A DNA stretch of 64,000 nt, taken from Candidatus Poribacteria bacterium (GTDB taxonomy: Bacteria > Poribacteria > WGA-4E > PCPOR2b). Location of the stretch: contig OZ242326.1 of the NCBI GenBank assembly GCA_965208325.1, positions 3,424,001 through 3,488,000 of the forward strand. Direction: 5' to 3'. Shown one piece after another: positions 59,539 to 64,000 of this stretch; the stretch's first letter is position 1; each line of letters starts with the position of its first letter. A program made the translations under genes and the position numbers. The notes below the pieces were generated by a model. The model was not told where the DNA came from and did not search any database. It was given only the letters and a program-made list of their open reading frames with translations.

Positions 59539-59573
59539 AGAAACCGAGTTTTTTTCTTCAAAACTCGGTTTCT
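59539..59573. repeat. REP-like hairpin of the same family as in the 32.5-kb array
   Basis: GAAACCGAGTTTTTTTCTTCAAAACTCGGTTTC. Confidence 0.85.
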
Positions 59574-59705
59574 TGAGAACTTGTTTGAAAATTCAATTTT
59601 TTACAGCACCGGTTGTCTTAAGCCAAAGCCCCAGCGGGGCGACAGATTATAGCCACTCAAACGCACAAGAATGGCTTGGTCACCTATTATTCAAACAAAC
59701 TCTTA
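59574..59705. mobile_element. Possible MITE with TRAGARYTTGTTTGAA inverted ends, enclosing a CCCCAGCGGGGCGAC REP
   Basis: tgagaacttgtttgaa ... ttcaaacaaactctta; only one copy in the window. Confidence 0.45.
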
Positions 59706-59795
59706 ACCGTGCAATTGAGAACATCGGATTTCAAGCGTTAAGTCTAAAGGGTTTCAACACTTCAACATAGAGTATTCTATTTAAGGAGAAAACTA

Positions 59796-60845
59796 ATGAA
59801 ACAATTCCTGAAGGTTACTTTTTTTGCGGCAATCGTCTGCTTGTCGATTCCAGCAACCTGTCTCGCACAAACTGTCGTATCTTTCAATCCACCTGTAATG
59901 GAATCGCCAGACACCGCACAGCAATTCACAATTGACGTGCATATCTCAAATGCAACTGATGTCTTCGGATATCAAATCGCTCTCACATTCGACTCAACCG
60001 CACTCGCATATGTCAGCGTTGAAAACCGTGACTTCCTGCCAGGTTCCATCGGCCCGCCAACACTCCCCCCAATCGTCGCAGACGGCGAAATCAATTTCAG
60101 CGTAACCCTATTAGGTGCAGTGCCCGGCGTTAATGGAGACGGAACACTCGCAACCGTTACGTTTGAGGTCGTTGCCGTGAAAACATCTACACTCGGACTT
60201 GACGTTAAGGTGATAGATTCAAACGACCAGCAGTTGGAATTGACAACTGAATCAGGTACGATTACCGGCGCACCGCTCGAACCTGTGAGAACTGAACCGG
60301 AAGGCGATGTGTTATCGTTTGAAGCGTCGATTTCGAGTGCAAACACACCAGCCAAAGGCTTTATCGCTGTATGGGAAGGGGTAATGGAGATACAGGCGGG
60401 TACGTTCATTGAATATCAGGTGATGTTCTCGGGGATTAGCGTCCACACACGAGGCGGTGTCTACGCTCACACTGCCGACGGTAGAATCGTTGGTCTCGTT
60501 GATGATGCTGCTGGGTCGGATTGGCAGCACCGCAAGGTCTCACTCGACGATATTGCCGGCAGTGAAATTGTTGCGATTACAGTCGGCACGGATAACGGAG
60601 ACAATCCGGATAATCCAGCCGGTCAATTTGGAATGGTGATTGACAACGTGCAGATAACCAGCGATGCGGGTGTATTAACGAAGGTATGGGTTGACGAAAG
60701 TACGATTGGCGGTGCGCAGGAGTCGGCTGCAGCGTATGGAGATTCTACAGGTGTTGAGGGCATGCGGGCATTCATCTCTGCCGTTTCTGTTGAACCCCAA
60801 TCGAAGATGTTGACAAGTTGGGCGCATCTTAAAGCAGCGCGTTGA
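59796..60845 (+). CDS. Secreted cohesin-domain protein with Poribacteria-type C-terminal motif
   Basis: 'FTIDVHISNATDVFGYQIALTFD...GTLATVTFEV'; C-terminus 'SVEPQSKMLTSWAHLK'. Confidence 0.8.
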   Translation: MKQFLKVTFFAAIVCLSIPATCLAQTVVSFNPPVMESPDTAQQFTIDVHISNATDVFGYQIALTFDSTALAYVSVENRDFLPGSIGPPTLPPIVADGEINFSVTLLGAVPGVNGDGTLATVTFEVVAVKTSTLGLDVKVIDSNDQQLELTTESGTITGAPLEPVRTEPEGDVLSFEASISSANTPAKGFIAVWEGVMEIQAGTFIEYQVMFSGISVHTRGGVYAHTADGRIVGLVDDAAGSDWQHRKVSLDDIAGSEIVAITVGTDNGDNPDNPAGQFGMVIDNVQITSDAGVLTKVWVDESTIGGAQESAAAYGDSTGVEGMRAFISAVSVEPQSKMLTSWAHLKAAR

Positions 60846-60872
60846 GCACGCAACTTTACTAGTAAACTATCC

Positions 60873-60905
60873 AAAGCCCTGCATCAGCAGATGCAGGGCT
60901 TTTTT
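60873..60905 (+). terminator. Intrinsic terminator
   Basis: AAAGCCCTGCATC-agca-GATGCAGGGCTTTTTT. Confidence 0.85.
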
Positions 60906-61199
60906 ACGTTTTGGAAACCACTTGCAAATCTGGCTTGGCTGATTTAAAATTATGCGTGTGTTGGCTAACACCTAACGTATAATATTGGGTGTACAATCAA
61001 CAAATATCTCTAATCCTGCAAATAATTCAATCACATAAATCACAGTTCAGACAATAAACATCCTTACGGATGAAAGAAAACTAATGACTATGCAAATGGT
61101 TTGGCATTAAACCTAGCGTATGGTAGAATGTAAAGCGATGTCGAACCGCTCTAGCACAACGTAAGTTGAGATTCCTGAGTCGGATAGGAGAAAACGAAA

Positions 61200-62093
61200 T
61201 TGAGTGAACAATTGGGGTTGGGAGTGTTGGGTTTCGGCACTGCGAGCTACGAAATAACCAAAGGGCTTCATTCGGAGGGGGTGGCGGACATCCGCGTCTG
61301 GAAGCGCGAGCCGTGGAGCGATGAAGTCCAAGCGCGTGCAGATGCCGCAGGCGTCATCCTGTGCAGCGAGGCAAGCCAAGTTACCGCTGCGTCGAACATT
61401 ATCGTTTCGCTAGTCGCACCGACCGCGGCCCCGGACGTGGCTCGGCAGGCATGTTCCGGTATCGCCGGTAAGTTCTATCTCGACCTGAACGCAGCGTCCC
61501 TCAAAACCAAGGAGGCGGCAGCGGCGGTAATACAAGGGGCAGGCGGCCGATTTATTGACGGCGCAATCATGGGGCCTCTGAAACGGCAACGCCACCAAGT
61601 CAGCACCGTAATCTCCGGTGAGGGGGCGGAAGAACTCGCAGGCGTTCTACAGGGTTGGGGCATGGACGTGCGGGCGATTGGCACCAAAGTCGGGCTCGCT
61701 TCAACCGTCAAAATGATTCGAAGTGTCTACACCAAAGGCTTGGAGGCAATCGTCGTGGAGTTTATGGTCGCCGCGCACCGTTACGGCGCCACCGAACAGG
61801 TGTTTGACTCACTAGAAGAAATTCTTGAGCTGGGGCCGTTCCTGCTTCCGTTCCGGCAGATGGTCTCTGAGCTAGTTCTCGAACAAGTTGAGTTCGCGGG
61901 GCGGAGAGCTACCGAAATGGAACAGGTAGTTCTTACCATGGAGGAACTTGGCGTCGATCCGTTGATGGCGCGCGGCACTCTTCAGCGTCTCCGGTGGGTG
62001 GCGGATGAAATTAAGCTTCGTGACCGCTTTGAAGGTCGGACGCCGTCCAATTACGGGGAAGTGTTAGATGCCATTGAATCGGCGGCTAAGTAA
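61200..62093 (+). CDS. NAD(P)-dependent oxidoreductase (6PGD-like, DUF1932 C-terminus)
   Basis: GVLGFG, DGAIMG, 'ASTVKMIRS...KGLEA', 'RRATEM'. Confidence 0.85.
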   Translation: MSEQLGLGVLGFGTASYEITKGLHSEGVADIRVWKREPWSDEVQARADAAGVILCSEASQVTAASNIIVSLVAPTAAPDVARQACSGIAGKFYLDLNAASLKTKEAAAAVIQGAGGRFIDGAIMGPLKRQRHQVSTVISGEGAEELAGVLQGWGMDVRAIGTKVGLASTVKMIRSVYTKGLEAIVVEFMVAAHRYGATEQVFDSLEEILELGPFLLPFRQMVSELVLEQVEFAGRRATEMEQVVLTMEELGVDPLMARGTLQRLRWVADEIKLRDRFEGRTPSNYGEVLDAIESAAK

Positions 62094-62200
62094 GCGAGTT
62101 TGAAATTAACGCAAGCTCCGTTGCCCCAAATCAGGGTGACACGGCGGCGCCTTTGCCCGCGAGAGCATTCATACCAATCCTTTGCGAAAGGAGCACCTAG

Positions 62201-63028
62201 ATGGTTATTGGCAATCCTATGATTTTCCTGAAATACCCTTTAGAAGAAGCGCTGCGTTCGCTGGTTAAATTCGGGTTTGACGGCGTTGAACTTTGGCCGC
62301 CGCAAATTGAAGTGTGCAAAACGGACGAATTACGGAAGCAACTTGCAGAGCATATCTCCTCCTTGGGCCTGTCCCTCGTCGGGTTGAATTGTGCAGACCC
62401 GCCTTACTTCGAGGCGCTTAACTCCCCGGACGATGTCGAAGGAGTTGTTCAAGGGTTAAAACAGGACATTGATATCGCGGCTTCTATGGGAATGAGTCAA
62501 CTCCTAAGCTGGGACGGGAGAAGGCGTGAGAGTATGACGGACAGTGACCTTCACGGATGGGTACTGGACGAAACCGTGAATGTTTTCCGCGAAGCGGTTT
62601 CGTACGCTGAGACTAAGGGTATCACCATCACCGTGGAGATACACCCTTTCACAGTAGGTATAGACGTAGATTTTGCTTGCAAGCTCTATGACCGGGTTGA
62701 TTCACCGTCGTTCGGCATCACTTATGACTCCTGTCACTTTGCAGTTGGATTGCCTAACGGCTATATTGATGCCATTCCCAAGCTTGGGCATCGCATCAAC
62801 AACGTTCATTTCGCCGACAGCGACAAACACAGTTCGGAATTGCATTTCGCACCTGGAACAGGATGTTTGGATCTCGACGCTATTGTCAACGAATTGAAGG
62901 CGATTCGCTATCAGGGGCCCATGATGCTCGACCTCTGGCTGTATCCTTTCCCGGAAGAGGGTTCAAAAATCGGTATGCCCTATATCCGTGACGTGATGAA
63001 AACCTTGGGATATCCGTCTGAAGCGTAG
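62201..63028 (+). CDS. Sugar phosphate isomerase/epimerase (AP-endonuclease-2 TIM barrel)
   Basis: GFDGVEL, VEIH, YDSCH, VHFAD, PGTG. Confidence 0.85.
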   Translation: MVIGNPMIFLKYPLEEALRSLVKFGFDGVELWPPQIEVCKTDELRKQLAEHISSLGLSLVGLNCADPPYFEALNSPDDVEGVVQGLKQDIDIAASMGMSQLLSWDGRRRESMTDSDLHGWVLDETVNVFREAVSYAETKGITITVEIHPFTVGIDVDFACKLYDRVDSPSFGITYDSCHFAVGLPNGYIDAIPKLGHRINNVHFADSDKHSSELHFAPGTGCLDLDAIVNELKAIRYQGPMMLDLWLYPFPEEGSKIGMPYIRDVMKTLGYPSEA

Positions 63029-63162
63029 TTAATGCAACCGCTTGCCGCCCCGCTCGCTTCGAGAGTGCGTGCCGCCGCCATGAAGCCGGCGTACGTGTTT
63101 ATTTCGCCCTGAAGACGGTATTACGATTTGCGGCAAAACCTCGTTGAGTTGATGACAATCTT

Positions 63163-63495
63163 ATGAAAAAGTTCACCTGCTATCTATTATTGATTGTTTT
63201 CCTATTGACCTCCATCTCAACTGCCCATAGCATCAGCGTCAAAACCCGGGGGAAATTGACGCTGGCGGCAATTTTGTTCGGCATTGCGGTTTTGACGAAG
63301 CATTTGGTCGATCGGGATAAACAGACTGTCGAAGCGCTCCATGCCAAGCTGGGCGAACCCGATCGAACTGTTAAATATGAACGCGGATTTGATGCCTGGC
63401 GAATTGAGTGGTATGGCAATCAAAAATACATCTTTCGCAATCATGTCTTCCAGGAAATGGTTGAATCGGTTCAAAGCCCCAACGGTTGCGATTGA
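63163..63495 (+). CDS. Hypothetical secreted/membrane protein
   Basis: Signal peptide; 'LGEPD...W.Y....YIF.N'. Confidence 0.65.
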   Translation: MKKFTCYLLLIVFLLTSISTAHSISVKTRGKLTLAAILFGIAVLTKHLVDRDKQTVEALHAKLGEPDRTVKYERGFDAWRIEWYGNQKYIFRNHVFQEMVESVQSPNGCD

Positions 63496-63719
63496 GTTGA
63501 TGTATCAATTTTCGGTTCGACCCCGATTTAGCAAAAAAGACTGATTCGCGTCCAAAGGTGTTCCTTCAACGCGACACAGCACGTGAAGAGTTTCCCCGTT
63601 TTTTCTTGAGGATTTGCCGTCTATCGGGTATCCTTATTTGCAATTTAATAATTGGCGATTCCTAAATTTCTCAATTCCGCTTGGACAAATTTTCGTTGCA
63701 CGAAGAAAGGCAGATTGTT

Positions 63720-64000
63720 TTGCGGACTTCGGATGAAGAATTGATGATGAAATGTCGAAACGGCGACATGAGCGCATTTGAATTGCTGGTCATGCGCTAT
63801 AAGGATGTAATTATCAATTTCATTTACAGATCCATCGGCGATTATCACCGCGCGGAAGATCTCACACAGGAGACATTCCTGAGAGTTTTTAGAAATGCGA
63901 GCCGCTATGAACCTAAATCAAAGTTCAAAAATTGGATCTACCTTATTGCGACGAATCTATGCCGGAACGAAGTTCGTAATCGCAAGCGCCGAAATACAGT
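63720..64000 (+). CDS. ECF sigma-70 factor, partial (runs off the window)
   Basis: SDEELM..CRNGD.SAFELLV.RY...AEDLTQETFLRVF...FKNWIY.IATNLC. Confidence 0.9.
   Translation, partial: MRTSDEELMMKCRNGDMSAFELLVMRYKDVIINFIYRSIGDYHRAEDLTQETFLRVFRNASRYEPKSKFKNWIYLIATNLCRNEVRNRKRRNT

Overview
Bacterial genomic window, most likely Candidatus Poribacteria or a close relative. This is inferred from secreted proteins with 'NFPNPFNPETW' and 'VEPxxKxxTxWxxLK' C-termini, PhyH and PQQ-propeller genes, and dense REP/MITE-like repeats. (i) 1-25.8 kb is a single-strand respiratory supercluster: the 3' end of a cytochrome bd-like oxidase subunit, several c-type cytochromes, a type-1 copper protein, an ABC transporter, a full A1-type heme-copper oxidase operon with ctaA/ctaB/SCO, and a maturation block (USP, Mrp, radical SAM/SPASM, ChdC-like) in which four proteins share six copies of a PCP_red-like helical module. 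(ii) 26-38.6 kb holds a Gld-like ABC system, tRNA-Leu(GAG), folA-thyA-dut, a gluconolactonase followed by four tandem allelic copies of its own 3' end, tRNA-Arg(CCG), a DUF350 cluster and trpC. (iii) 38.6-49 kb is accessory DNA: three tandem orphan antitoxin-like cassettes, MNT and IS1595 remnants, and a non-canonical GrpE-like/Hsp70/J-like triad. (iv) 49-64 kb contains sodC, metabolic genes, queE, a cobalamin riboswitch upstream of a beta-propeller-dockerin protein next to a cohesin protein, and a partial ECF sigma factor. No CRISPR array, rRNA, integrase or reverse transcriptase was seen. All family calls are from motif recognition by eye; no searches were run.
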